Positions 41,486 to 56,086 of a stretch of DNA of 64,000 nt are shown in pieces. The notes under the pieces were generated by a model, which searched no databases, had not been told where the DNA came from, and saw only the letters and a list, made by a program, of their open reading frames with translations. Within the stretch, counting starts at the first letter, position 1; every line of letters starts with the position of its first letter. The position numbers and the translations under genes were made by a program. This stretch comes from the human T2T-CHM13v2.0 reference genome, Homo sapiens. The stretch lies in assembly GCF_009914755.1 (NCBI RefSeq), contig NC_060929.1. The stretch is one strand, 5' to 3'.

Positions 41486-42040
41486 TGTGGCTTTCTATAG
41501 TTAGCATGTATTTTGTATTTTTAATAGGTTGAACATTTAAAATAGCAAAAAAGAACTAAAAACATCTGTAAATCTATCACAGTGTATACAACCTATATAG
41601 ACTGCTTTATAATCATCTTTCACCCAACAATATAAGTGAATATGATGACCCTTTTTCCGTGGTGATAGTTGTAATTTTAAATCATTTCATACTATTCTCT
41701 TGTGTGGATACAGCATCATTTATATGGCTAATCCCTCACTGTTGCATACTTAAGGGTGTTTCTTTTTTAAATTTCTTGTTTGTGTATTTAATTTTTCCTG
41801 TCATAGACAAGCTGTGATAAATATCTTAAAACTATGTCTCTGAAAACATACTCAATTACTTCCTCAGGAAAAACTTATTTGAGTGAAATTGCTGGTGCCT
41901 TCTTGATTCTTCTGTTTTTCTGATGTCAGATGAAGATCCAGTTCTTTGAAGTGAAACTAGCATTTAGTTATCAGCTCAGGCCACTTTCTACCTCTGACTT
42001 GCCTTTCACCTCGGTTTCATCCTCTTGGAATTTCCCCTGA

Positions 42041-42091
42041 ACACATACACAAATACACACACACACACACACACACACATACACACACACC
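42041..42091. repeat. Interrupted (CA)n microsatellite
   Basis: Read directly. Confidence 0.95.
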
Positions 42092-43406
42092 CCAAGGCTT
42101 GGATAGAGGAGTTAAAACAGATGAGAGCTCCACATTCTCTAAACTCTCTGTTGTTAACATCTTCTTTGAGGCTCTTCCTGTAGTTCAGAGCTCTGTGTCC
42201 TACTGCTAACCCCAGATGCAAAACAGATGCGAAACGGGTCCTGTGCTTTATTCCTTTTAGAAGATTTCCCCATACCCCTTCCATGTGCCTAGTAATTCTC
42301 TGGGGGCCGCTCTTCCTTTCTGAAAGGAGGTACATGGGGACTTCTGGGGCCCTACTGTAGAGCTTTGACTCCCATTGTCACTTAGGCCCTCTCCACACCC
42401 TGAGTAGCATGTGACTATTTTAAGAAAATTCCTTAAGGCCTTCAAAGAGTAATAGGATAGTTTTCTGGGAAGCTTGTTAAAATTCTTGAATATGTTCAAG
42501 GGATTTACATTTTCAAAGAGAGAATGTTTTGTTTGATGTTGAGGAAAGATTTTTTTTTTTTTGGTCCCTGGGAATTTAAATAATTTGCTTGACTTTCTAG
42601 TGGAAAGACCGCAGTGTTCTTAGATTCTGAATGTGGCATTTGTTAGAATCCTCCATGATTGATTGCAGGGAAAATGTGTGTAAATGATTTTGCAATACAT
42701 TTTTAAACCAAGGGTCATCTGTAAGTTGTCAGCCTAAAAAAGTGGCATCTTGCTTGCATAAGTAAATTTTATTTCTTGGAAGGAGACAGTTGCTTAAAAT
42801 GAGAAATATCAGTTTTAAATGATCATTAATGATGACCCCATGGATACCTTCCAGAAGAAATGGAATCAGTCTACCCCCTTGTGGATAGCTCAGAAAGTTC
42901 CTCATTTTCCTCACTAAAAGTTACATGTGAGAGTTCTGAGGGAACCACAGGCTATATGAGTTTCCTTCTCATCTAAAAGTAATAGGAAGTACATTTTATA
43001 TAAAATTTGTGTTAAAGTGACTAGACATATCTTTGTAATAGCTAATTGGCCTTGTGACTGGTATTTTTAAATAACACAGTAAAAATAAATAAAAGGGGTG
43101 ATGTTATACGTTCATTATATGTAATATATATTATGTAGTGGTTCCTGTCTCACGTGCTCAGAGCAATGGGCAACTTCATCAGGTAAATCACTCTTCATGT
43201 CCCTGCCCAGAGCTCATAAACTGACAGGTGTAAGGTATATAAAGAGGTTGCAGGCAAGAAGCTTTGGGGCTCAGACCGAAGAGGTGATAAATAAAAATCA
43301 CCATGATTTTGGGGGAGATTACTAGAGTCCAAGTGCTATTCTTTTTCTTTATGACTATTCTCTAAATTAATTCCTATAACAAACCTCTGCTGTTACTGTT
43401 CCAATT

Positions 43407-44028
43407 TGATATGGTTTGGCTGTGTCTCCACCCAAATATCATCTTGAATTCCCACATGTTATGGGAGGGACTTGGTGGAAGGTAATTGACTCATGGGGGC
43501 CAAGTCTTTCCCATGCTGTTCTCATGATAGTGAATAAGTCTCACAAGATCTGATGGTTTTAAAAAGAGGCATTCCCCTGCACAAGCTCTCTCATTTTTTG
43601 CCTGCCGCCACCCACTTAGGATGTGACTTGTTCCTCCTTGCCTTCTGCCATGATTGTGAGGATTCCCCAGCCACACAGACCTGTAAGTCCAATTAAACCT
43701 CTTTCTTTTATAAATTGCTCAGTCTTGGGTATGTCTTAATCAGCACCATGAAAACGAACTAATACAGATTTTGGTACTAGTAGAGTGGAGTGCTGCTGAA
43801 AAGATACCTGAAAATGTGGAAGCAACTTTGGAACTGGGTAACAGGCAGAGGTTGGAGTAGTTTGGAGAGCTCAGAAGAAGACAGGAAAATGTGGGAAAGT
43901 TTGAAACTTCCTAGAGACTTGTTGAATGGCCTTAACCAAAATGCTGATAATGATATGGACAAGAAATCCAGGCTGAGGTGGTCTTAGATGGAGATGAGGA
44001 ACTTGTTGGGTACTGGAGCAAAGGTGAC
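43407..44028 (+). mobile_element. THE1 (MaLR) LTR 43407-43766 plus about 260 bp of THE1 internal sequence, truncated
   Basis: TGATATGGTTTGGCTGTGTC...CTAATACA, then MaLR-int sequence (gaaaatgtggaagcaactttggaactgggtaacaggcagagg). No second LTR is present. Confidence 0.9.
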
Positions 44029-44191
44029 ATGTGCCTAGAAGGTGAGTATCATTATCTCTGGTTTACAGAGGAGGAAACTGAGGTTCAGAGGGGACCAGTT
44101 CAATAAGTGGGGAACAGAGCTGGGACATAAACTGAGATCTTCCGGCCCCAACCAGGGCTCTTTCCAGTATGCCACAGGGCCTGCTGTGGAG

Positions 44192-44579
44192 TTTCACTCA
44201 TGTCCATGTGAAGAGACCACAAAACAGGCTTTGTGTGAGCAACAAGGCTGTTTATTTCACCTGGGTGCAGGTGGGCTGAGTCCGAAAAGAGAGTCAGTGA
44301 AGGGAGATAGGGGTGGGGCCATTTTATAGGATTTGGGTAGGTAATGGAAAATTACAGTCAAAGGGGGTTGTTCTCTGGCTGGCAGGGGTGGGGGTCATAA
44401 GGTGCTCAATGGGGGAGATTTTGAGCCAGAAGGAATTTCACAGGGCAGTGTCATCAGTTAAGGCAGGAACAGGCCATTCTCACTTCTTTTGTGATTCTTC
44501 AGTTACTTCAGGCCATCTGGATGTATACCTGCAGGTCACAGGGGATATGATGGCTTAGCTTGGGCTCAGAGGCATGACA
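44192..44579 (-). mobile_element. HERV-H 3' LTR (LTR7 family)
   Basis: About 95% identical to 50284-50682 by manual alignment and preceded by a polypurine tract. Confidence 0.96.
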
Positions 44580-44592
44580 TTCCTGTCTTCTT
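44580..44592 (-). other. Polypurine tract
   Basis: AAGAAGACAGGAA immediately precedes the 3' LTR TGTCA on the minus strand. Confidence 0.85.
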
Positions 44593-45399
44593 ATATTAAT
44601 AAGAAAAATAAAACAAAATAGTGGTAAAGTGTTGGGGCAGCGAAAATTTTTGGGGGTGCTATGGAGAGATAATGGGCAATGTTTCTTGGGGCTGCTTCAA
44701 GCGGTATTAGGGGTGACGTGGGAACCCAGAGTGGGAGAGATTAAGCTGAAGGAAGATTTTGTGGTAAGGGCAATATTGTGGGGTTGTTAAAAGGAGCATT
44801 TGTCATATAGAATGATTGGTGATGGCCTGGATGCTGTTTTGTATGAATTGAGAGACTAAATGGAAGACACAAGGTCCAAATAAGAGAAGGAGAAAAACAG
44901 ATATTAAAGGACTAAGAATTGGGAGGGCCCAGGCCATCCAATTAGAGAGTGCCCAAGGAGGTTCAGCATGGCCCTGCCAGCAAAGATTATTTATTTACTT
45001 TAAGAGGGAGTTAAGAGTGGCTGTTTGGGGATAGCACCAGGAGATATCAGCTGTGATGGCCTGGAGAAACAGTGTAAACCAGCAGTGTAAACAAGAGTAG
45101 GGCATTTATGAGTAGTTGAGTACGGTGAATAGGAGTATGACTAGACAGAAGATAGTAGAGATGACAAGTTTTTGGGGTGCAGTCCAAGTTGGGCTGGTGT
45201 CTGGAATAAGACTGGGGCCTAATAAAAAGGAGTGTCCATACAGGAGCTCAAATGGGCTGTACCCTGTAGCATTCCAAGGACAGGCCCAAATTTTGAGAAG
45301 GGCAAGTGGTAAAAGTATTGTCCAGTCCTTTTTAAGTTGGTGGCTGAGCTTGGTGAGGTGTGTTTTTAAAAGACCATTAGTCCATTCTACCTTTCCTGA

Positions 45400-47399
45400 A
45401 GATTGAGGACCGTAAGGGGTGTGAAGGTTTCACTGAATACCAACAGCCTGAGAAACTGCTTGGGTGATTTGACTAATAAAGGCCGGCCCATTATTGGACT
45501 GTATAGAGGTGGGAAGGCCAAACCGAGGAATTATGTCTGACAAAAGGGAAGAAATGACCACGGTGGCCTTCTGAGGCCCTGTGGGAAATGCCTCTACCTA
45601 TCCAGTGATAGTGTCTACCCAGACCAGAGGTATTTTAGTTTCCTGACCCAAGGCATGTGAGTAAAGTCAATTTGCCAGTCCTGGGCAGGGGCAAATCCCC
45701 GAGCTTGATGTGTAGGGAATGGAGGGAGGCCTGAAAAATCCCTGAGGAGTAGTAGAATAGCAGATGGAACACTGAGAAGTGATTTCCTTAAGGATAGATT
45801 TCCACGATGGAAAGGAAATGAGAGGTTCTAAGAGGTGGGCTAGCAGCTTGTAACCTACATGGAAGAGGTTATGAAATGATGACAGAATAGAAGGGGCCTG
45901 TGAGGCTGCGAGGAGATATTTTCCTTGGTGCAAGAACCATTTGCCTTATGTGGGAAGAGATTGATAGGTGGAAGTTTCAGTGGGGGAGTAGGTGGGAGTG
46001 GCCAGATGAGAAGGAGAAAAACTGCCGTGAGGGATAGAAGTTGGAAAGCTAGCTGCTTTTTTAGCTACCTTATCAGCATAAGCATTGTCTTGAGCGATGG
46101 GATCTGATGCCTTTTGATGGCTCTTGCAGTGAATGACTCCAGCTTCCTTTGGAAGTAAAGTGGCTTTGAGAAGAGTTTTTATTAAAGAGGCATTAATGAT
46201 GGAGGACCCATGCATAGTGAGGAAATTTCTTTCTGCCCATATAACAGCATGGTGGTGCAGAATATGGAAGGCATATTTAGAGTCAGTATAAATATTGACA
46301 CATAGTCCTTTTGCAAGGGCGAGGGCTCGAGTTAAGGCAATGAGTTTGGCTTGTTGAGAGGTAATGGAGGGGGGCAGAGCAGTAGCCTCAATGATAGGTG
46401 TGGAAGATACTATAGCATAGCCTGCCTTTGCCGGTGAGTGGCGATTAGGCCTGGTGGAGCTGCCATCAATAAACCAAATGTGATCAGGGTGAGAAACAGT
46501 AAAGAAGGAAATGTGGGGAAATGGGGTGAACGTCAGGTGGACCAGAGAGATATAGTCATGGGGGTCAGGTGTGGTATCTGGAATAATGTGGGAGGCCGGA
46601 TTGAAGTCCGGGCCTGGAACAATGGTAATTGTGGGAGATTCAACAAAGAGTGAGTATAGCTGAAGAAGCTGGGGAGTAGAAAGTATATGCATCAGGTGGG
46701 AGGAAGAAAATAGATTTTGGAAGTTATGAGAACTGTAGAGAGTGAGTTGAGCATAGTTTGTGATTTTGAGGGCCTCTAAAAGTATTAAGGCAGCGGCAGC
46801 CGCCACATGCAGACATGAGGGCTAGGCTAAAACAGTAAGGTCAAGTTGTTTGGATAAAAAGGCTACAGGGTGCAGTCCCAGCTCTTGTCTAAGAACTCTG
46901 ACCACACAGCCCTGCACTTCGGCTGTGTGTAATGAAAAGGTTGGGATGATTTAGGGAGAGCTAGTGTGGGAGCAGCTTTTAGGGCTGTTTTTTAAGGAAT
47001 GGAAAGGGGAGTGGGGAAAGGATTTAGGATTTATGGGGTCAGCTAGGTTTATCTAGGACAGAATGGGTTGTGGAGGGAGGTATTGAGGATAGAGGAGAGT
47101 ATATGGGTTTGGCACCCTGGGGTGGATAGGTAAAACAATTTGGTTGATAAGGCGCAGATCCTGAACTAACCGGTAAGGCTTTTCTGGTTTTAGGACAGGT
47201 AAAATGGGGGAATTGTAAGGAGAGATTTTAGGCTCTAAAAGGCCATGGTGTAACAGGCGAATGATAACAGGCTTCAATCCCTTTAAAGCCTATTGTGGGA
47301 TGGGATACTGGCATTGAGCGGGGTAAGGGTGATTAGGTTTTAATGGGATAGTAATGGGCATGTGATCGGTTGCCAGGGAGGGAGTGGAGGTGTCCCATA

Positions 47400-47400
<1 letters not shown>
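45400..47400 (-). pseudogene. pol: HERV-H pol remnants: RT N-terminus, tether/RNase H, partial integrase
   Basis: [21 protein letters not shown] (47053..47277); 286-aa ORF 45946..46806 with WFIDGSS, NIYTDSKYAF and NAYAD; integrase zinc-finger fragment FHNLFHVG...CSIC (45667..45933). The RT YxDD core was not seen. Confidence 0.9.
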
Positions 47401-48085
<685 letters not shown>

Positions 48086-48099
48086 TCTGTGATGGTCCA

Positions 48100-49700
48100 G
48101 GAAGCTTCTGAGGCAATTGGGCAGCGTCAGCCTTCAGCCGCTAAGCCGAGAAGATCTGGGAAGGAGTCAGTCAGAGAGCCTTGGGCCAGAGTTCCAGGGG
48201 CTCTGGGAGTGGCTGCCAGGCGAGTTAGAAAGTCCGATTTCCAGTGGGGTCCCGCACAGATGGGACACGGCTTAGGAGGAATCCCAGGCTGCGGGCATTC
48301 CTTGGCCCAGTGGCCAGATTTCCAGCACTTGAAGCAAGTTCCTTGGGGAGGGGGTCCTGGAGCAATGCCTGGCCGCTGCGGTTTAGGTGTTTGGAAGTTC
48401 TTGTGTGCTGGAGATGTAGCTGGGATTTTGTCTCACGGTGGAGGCAAGTAATTGTAACTTTTCTCTATTATTGTACAACTTGAAGGTGAGGTTGATTAAT
48501 TCCTGTTGTGGGGTTTGAGGGCCGGATTCTAATTTTTGAAGTTTTTTTCTAATGTCAGGAGCTGACTGGGTGATAAAATGCATATTTAGAATGAGACAGT
48601 CAGAAAGCCTGGGCCTTCAAGGTCTAGGGCTGTAAAGCATCTCAGGGTTGCTGCCAAATGAGCCATGAACTGGGCTGAGTTTTCGTCTTTACCTTGGGTA
48701 GTTTCTTTAAGCTTGTCATAATTAACAGCTTTGTAAGCTGCCTTTTTAAATCCTTCAACTAGGCAGGAAACCATGTAATCTCACCTAGCTATACTTGGGG
48801 AATCTGCCTGATAGTTCCATTGGGGATCCTCTCGGGGAACTGCGCTAATGCCTTCCTGGAGGTCTGGTTCATGGAGCCAGCGGTTGTCAGTGTGAGATTG
48901 GGCCAGAGAAAAAATTTCCTGTGAATCTGGGGAGAGGGTAGAAGTTAGGATGACATTTAAGTCACTCCAGGTTAAATTGTAGGACAGAGTTAGATATTGG
49001 AATTCCTGTATATATTCAGTAGGGTCTGAGTGCTGACTGATCTGAGAGAGGTCTGAAAGAGAAAAAGGCACATGTACCCTGACTGTGCCTTCAGCTCCAG
49101 CCACTCTCTAAGAGGAAATTGTTGGGCAGCTGGAGAAGAGCTAGTCTTGGATCCAAACTGTAAGACAGACTGGGTGTGAGGATGGGAGGTGATCGAAGGA
49201 TTATAGGGTGGAGGAGCGGAGGCTGAGGAAGAATTGGACCTGGCTCAGCCTGGCGATGAGCAGCCTGGGGAGGAGGGGAGAGGTCGGATGATCTGTAGAA
49301 AAGGAAGATTGGAAAGACTCAGCGACACTTGGGGTTGGGACTGAGGGGACAGGCAGGAGGGAAAGAAGGAAGATTTGGGAGGAATCGCATTGGGTACAGA
49401 GACTAGGGAGGGAATGAAGTGTGAAAAATGCCTGGATGTAAGGCATCTCAGACCATTTGCCCATTTTTCGACAAAAATTATCTAGGTCTTGTAGGATGGT
49501 GAAATTGAAAGTGCCGTTTTCTGGCCATTTAGAGCCATTGTCAAGTTTGTATTGGGGCCAAGCGGTGTTGCAGAAGAAAATAAGGCATTTAGGTTTTAGG
49601 TCAGGTGTGAGTTGAGGAGGTTTTAAGTTTTTGAGAACACAGGCTAAGGGAGAAGAGGGAGGAATGGAGGGTGGTAGGTTGCCCGTAGTGAAGGAGGCAA
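48100..49700 (-). pseudogene. gag: HERV-H gag remnants (fragmented)
   Basis: ORF fragments 49201..49728 (AWPQYKLDNGSKWPENGTFNF), 48781..49104, 48586..48774 (QGKDENSAQF, MHR-like) and 48383..48583. A zinc knuckle CFKCWKSGHWAKEC was translated near 48290-48335. Multiple stops and frameshifts. Confidence 0.88.
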
Positions 49701-50130
49701 GCCCAGAGAAAAGAGAGAGTGGAGACATGGAGAGAAGGATTGGGGAGTGCTTGCCCCTAAGAAAAGCGGAAAAGGGGTAGAGACACAGAGAGAAGGGGTG
49801 GGGGGTGCTTGCCCCCAGAAAAGTGGTGCTTGCTGCTATGGGTGAAGGACCAAGGCAGGCATCCCCGTGTGATCAGACACCTCTGAAACATGGGTGAATA
49901 ATAAAGCAGGCATCCCTGCATGATTAAACACCAAGGGAAGACTGTCTTCCCAAGTCTGTGACTGGTGCCGGAGTTTTGGGTTCACAGATAAAACGCATCT
50001 CCTGTCTCTACCAGAAAAGGAAAGGAACTGAAATTAAGAGAAGGGAGAGATTGAAAGATGGCACCAAGACTGAAAGGAGAAAGAGGTTGAGGGATAGTGA
50101 GAGAGGGAGGAGAAGAGAATAAAAAGAGGC

Positions 50131-50141
50131 CGCTTACCCGA
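50131..50141 (-). promoter_or_regulatory. HERV-H leader major splice donor
   Basis: Minus strand TCGG|GTAAGCG about 146 nt downstream of the 5' LTR. Confidence 0.8.
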
Positions 50142-50263
50142 TTTAAAATTGGTGAGATGTTCCTTGGGCTGGTTGGTCTGAGGACCCGAGGTCGTAGGTG
50201 GATCTCTCTCATGGAGTAAAGAGCAGGAGGACAGAGGATTGATCTCCCGAGGGAGGTCCCCTG

Positions 50264-50281
50264 ATCCGAGTCACAGCACCA
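50264..50281 (-). other. Primer-binding site, tRNA-His
   Basis: TGGTGCTGTGACTCGGAT lies 2 nt after the 5' LTR, one mismatch from the His PBS TGGTGCCGTGACTCGGAT. Confidence 0.93.
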
Positions 50282-50283
50282 AA

Positions 50284-50682
50284 TTTCACTCACGTCCGTG
50301 TGAAGAGACCACCAAACAGGCTTTGTGTGAGCAACAAGGCTGTTTATTTCACCTTGGTGCAGGCAGGCTGATCCGAAAAGAGAGTCAGTGAAGGGAGATG
50401 GGGTGGGGCCGTTTTATAGGATTTGGGTAGGTAGTGGAAAATTACTGTCAAAGGGGGTTGTTCTCTGGCTGGCAGGGGTGGGGGTCACAAGGTGCTCAGT
50501 GGGGGAGACTTTGAGCCAGGATGAGCCGGGAGAAGGAATTTCACAAGGTAGTGTCATCAGTTAAGGCAGGAACAGGCCATTTTCACTTCTTTTGTGATTC
50601 TTCAGTTACTTCAGGCCATCTGGATGTATATGTGCAGGTCACAGGGGATATGATGGCTTATCTTGGGCTCAGAGACCTGACA
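50284..50682 (-). mobile_element. HERV-H 5' LTR (LTR7 family)
   Basis: Starts TGTCAGGTCTCTGAGCCCAAG on the minus strand. TATAAAA at 50418-50412, AATAAA at 50348-50343, followed by the PBS. Confidence 0.96.
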
Positions 50683-51987
50683 TGGAGGACAAGAGTAGAA
50701 CCTCTAGCTGAACCCTGACCAAGCCCTATTTTCCTTTGATCCTGAAGATGAATGATGGTTTAGATTAAACTTTCAAAACAGAAACTTAAAGATGGAAACC
50801 TGGAAAAGCTCTTTGTTTGTGACTCAGGTGCAGCTTCAGGTGACTCCTTCCATCCCAAACCTTCCCCTCTGGTACAGGAGGTCTGAGACAACCTTCCGGA
50901 ACATTTTGAGAACAGGGCTAGTATTCATCTTGAAAGCTGCAATGACTCGGATCCAAAGTGCTGCACCTCCGGGTCACTTTTTAACTTGCCCTGAATTAGT
51001 TTCTTGCCTTCCTCTTCAATCCTCTCAACAAACCCAGCCTCCTACTTCATCAGCACCCAGTGGTGTCTCAAACCTGTGCATGGGAAAATGCCATCCACAG
51101 ACCAGGGCTGGCCTCGGGCACCTTCTACAGGACCATCCGAGGAGCTCAGCAGAGCGACATCATTGGAAAACCTGACTTGTTCTCTCAGGACCTTGATACT
51201 TGGGACTGATGTGTCAATGATCCACGGGGAAATGACACCATCACTATGACTGTGATAGAGACTTTCCTCGATACTCTCAGGTTTCTAGCTACTCTGTCTC
51301 CATGCCCTTCCTTCAGGGAACACTTTAATCAGTTCCCTTTAGAGGAATTTCACTCCCTTGGGGAGTGAATCTTGAGCAAAATGATGTAAGGATGCGAAAA
51401 GCAGATCAAGTGCACTCATTCCCGTGGCAGGCCCAAGAGGCTGTTGACATGCTCCTGCTACCCAGATGGCCAGGGTGGCTCTGTGTCCTGTCTATTCAGA
51501 CTTCCTGTTGATCCTATTACTACCTCAAAATCTGTCCAATTAATTCTGCTTAGGTTAGGCCAGAGAAGCACAGCTGAGAGGAATGGCCTGAATTCCTCCA
51601 CACCAGGACCCCTGGGCCCGTGTTTGCAGCTGATGGGAAGAGGTGACATTTGCTGCAGAAGGTGGAGGGATGGGGATGCTACAGGGCTATCAGGACCCAA
51701 AGCCCTTTACTCCTTTTACTCTCAAACTGCCCCTGATGAGGAGGATAGGTGAAGACTGGTTTAGTCCCAACTTTTAGTCCTTGCACAAGTTGCTTCTGCT
51801 CTCTAAGCCTTGGCTGTCTGGGCTTCTGATCTGTGAGACGAGTGCTCCGGGATCATCAAGGCCCCTTCCAGCTCTGCAGTCCCAAGCCCCACAGGAGGGC
51901 CTCGCACACTCAGTCCTGAAACACCCAGTGCTGACTTTGTAATGATAGTTTGCCTTTCAGATCACAAAATCATAAATGTTTAATTTA

Positions 51988-52296
<309 letters not shown>

Positions 52297-52321
52297 TTAA
52301 TTTATGGACTTGTTATTCATT

Positions 52322-52646
<325 letters not shown>

Positions 52647-53274
52647 TGATTCGTCAGGGGTGTTTTCTAATTCTTCTCTCTCTTGATCCAAGGCCGTTTG
52701 GCAATGAGATGACAGACACCTGCCTGCCTCAAGCACTAACAGGGAATGGCCTTGCATAGAGTTAGAGCCAAGCTTTCACAAGATGGCAGGCAGAAAAGGG
52801 TCAGGGTGTGTCCCATCATCCTGCTGGATTTAGGGCAGGGAGAAATCTGTGCTGCTTGACTTTAATCAAGACATATTCAGCATTTTCCATGTGTTGACAC
52901 TTTGCAAATAGTGATATCACTGTCATGAGCAGTTCTGCCTGGGGAAAACACACATTCCTAAATGCTGACTTCTTTTTTTTTTTAAACTACCACTGCATAA
53001 AGAAAAACAGCTGATCTAGCCATATTTCCACACTGAATGGTGTGTTTTCCTTCTGTATATTGCAAAGTCTAGACAGGCATGCAGCAAAGACATCAGAACA
53101 TAATTACGTGAAAGTGAATGATATAAACAGTTGTCTACTCACAAGTGGTTACTTGCAAGTGGCCAGATGAAAGCCCATCCCCAGTGAGCTGTTTAAGAGT
53201 ATTCCTGACAGCTTCAAAAAGCAAAGATTATTCTAAACTATATAGACAATCTGAGAAAGCAGATTTCTTAGTGA

Positions 53275-54096
<822 letters not shown>

Positions 54097-54529
54097 AAGT
54101 ATATTTTGAATCTACTCAATACTGTACTTTGGGTGGGCTACAAACTCATCTCTAAGGCAGATAAAATCATCATCCCTTCATATCCAGTTAGTGAAATAAA
54201 GTAATAAAAATGGCCATCACAGATATTTACTGAACATTTACTATTTGTCAGGCCCTATGCTAAGTGCTTTACATGTGTCATCTCACTCAGTCTTCGGAGT
54301 CCCATTTTATAGATGAGAAAACGGAGGCAGAGTAAGCCTGGTAACTTGCCCAAGGTCACAGCAGTGGTGTGGATGGAGCTGGGACCTGAGTTTGGGGTGT
54401 CTGACTCCAAAGTATGTGTTCTTAGCTACCCACAACCCCTTTTATTAAAGTTGACATCCAGAGGGCAGCACAGGGTAATTTGAATTTTCATGCTCATCTG
54501 TATACTTGGGTGGAAATGAATAAACTCAT

Positions 54530-55037
54530 GTAAGGTCCAGCAAACATTTTCCGCAAGGGCCAATAGAAAATATGTAATTAGGCTTTGTGGGCAAAATCAA
54601 GGATCATATGTTGGTACTTAGGTACTAATTTAAAAATTGCAATTTTAGGCCAGGTGCAGTGGCTCATGCCTGTAATCTCAGCACTTTGGGAGGCCAAGGC
54701 AGGGGGATGCTTTGAGTTCAGAAGTTCAAGACTAGCCTGGGCAATATGGCAAAACCCCATCTCTACAAAAAACACAAAGATTAGCCGGGCATGGTGGCAA
54801 ACACCCGTAGTCCCAGCTATTTGGGAGGCTGAGGTGGGAGGATAGATTGATGAGCCGGGGAGATAGAGGTTGCAGTGAGTCCTGATCATAGCACTGTACT
54901 TCAGCCTGGGTGACAGAGTGAGATCCTCTCTCAAACAAAAAACATTTCAAAAATGTGAATGCCCTTCTTAGTTCACAGGCCATAAAATCAGGAGATGGGC
55001 TGGATTTGGCCCACTGGCTATAGTTTGCACATCCCTG
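54530..55037. mobile_element. MER58-like hAT MITE interrupted by an AluJ-like element (54648-54941, +)
   Basis: cagcaaacattttccgcaagggcca...ggctttgtgggc and gggctggatttggccc...tagtttgc...ccctg termini flank an Alu dimer. Confidence 0.75.
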
Positions 55038-55253
55038 GCTTCAAGAAAAACAAAAAGGGGTTAATAAGGAGGAAAAAGAAGCGTGAATGTAATGTAATAA
55101 ACTATCCACGTGCAAGGAGAGATGTACATCTGCTAGCCATTTTCTTGGCTACAGAATCCAATGAAATGCTTCATTTGACTACTGGGCATTTCTTTGTTCT
55201 CTGCAGGGATTGAGATTCCAAAGAGGCCAATTCAACTTAGTCTAAGGAATCAG

Positions 55254-55572
55254 TTTTTTTAATTATTTTTGTTTATTTATTTATTTTGTATTTGAGAGTC
55301 TCATTCTGTCATCCAGGCTGGAGTACAGTGGCACAATTTCGACTCACTGTAACCTCTACCTCCTGGGCTCCAGTGATTCTCGTGGCTCATCCTCCTGAAT
55401 AGCTGGGATTACAGGCCTGTGCTACCACACCCAGCTAATATTTTGTATTTTTAGTAGAGACAGGATTTTGCCATGTTGGCCAGGCTGATCTCAAACTCCT
55501 GGCCTCAAGTGATCTGCCCGCCTTGGCCTCCCACAGTGCTGGGATTACAAGCATGAATCACCACACCTGGCC
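55254..55572 (-). mobile_element. Alu
   Basis: Reverse dimer with degenerate TSD aggaatc(a/c)gtt. Confidence 0.92.
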
Positions 55573-55647
55573 TAGGAATCCGTTATTTAATAGCCATCAC
55601 GACCCTCAGATAGAATGAACATCTCCCAGTGGTTCCTGAGGTCTCAC

Positions 55648-55781
55648 CTGTGTGTTTTCATCCTCTGCTAGGCCATGGGCAAGGTGGGCACTGAATGTGC
55701 TTTTCCCAACACTGCCTTTCCCAAACAATACCAAGATTTTGTGTTTTATGGTTTTCATTTTCTCTTTGATTTCCTCTATAG
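55648..55781 (-). pseudogene. NUBP1: NUBP1-like exon 3 (134 bp, P-loop)
   Basis: Acceptor ctttctttgcAG (55783-55782) and donor GTgaga (55647-55646). Contained in ORF 55606..55797. The deviant Walker A reads [10 protein letters not shown] versus the family SGKGGVGKST. Confidence 0.95.
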
Positions 55782-56086
55782 CTGCAAAGAAAGCCAAAGT
55801 TTAGGGGATGAGGTTTCTGACCGAACCTCGAATGTCACTCTTTCAGTAAGCTAGGAAGAGCTAAGTCCTAGTCCTGGGGCTGTTTAAAAGTATCCTCTGA
55901 AATACCTCTTAGTCAACAGTAGAAGTAAGTGCTAGGAAGAAAATAAGGCTATTATCACACTTGAAAGTGCCTCATTTATTGGTTTACACATTTGTCTCCC
56001 CCAACTAGAACATATTCTCCACAAGGGTAGGGACTGTCTGAAGCTTTCAGTGATGTATTCCCAGCTCCAGAAGAGAACTTTGCGTA

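Noticed and set aside
44593-45400. Intact HERV-H env
   Set aside because: Only about 800 bp lie between the pol remnant and the PPT, with no minus-strand env ORF; env is largely deleted.
49690-49930. Imperfect tandem repeats resembling a spacer array
   Set aside because: They are part of the HERV-H leader/pre-gag region; this is eukaryotic DNA with no CRISPR structure.
55606-55797. Functional NUBP1 gene or processed retrocopy
   Set aside because: Introns are present, so it is not processed. The exon-1 donor, the first Fe-S Cys and the P-loop are altered and later exons were not found, so it is unlikely to be the functional gene.
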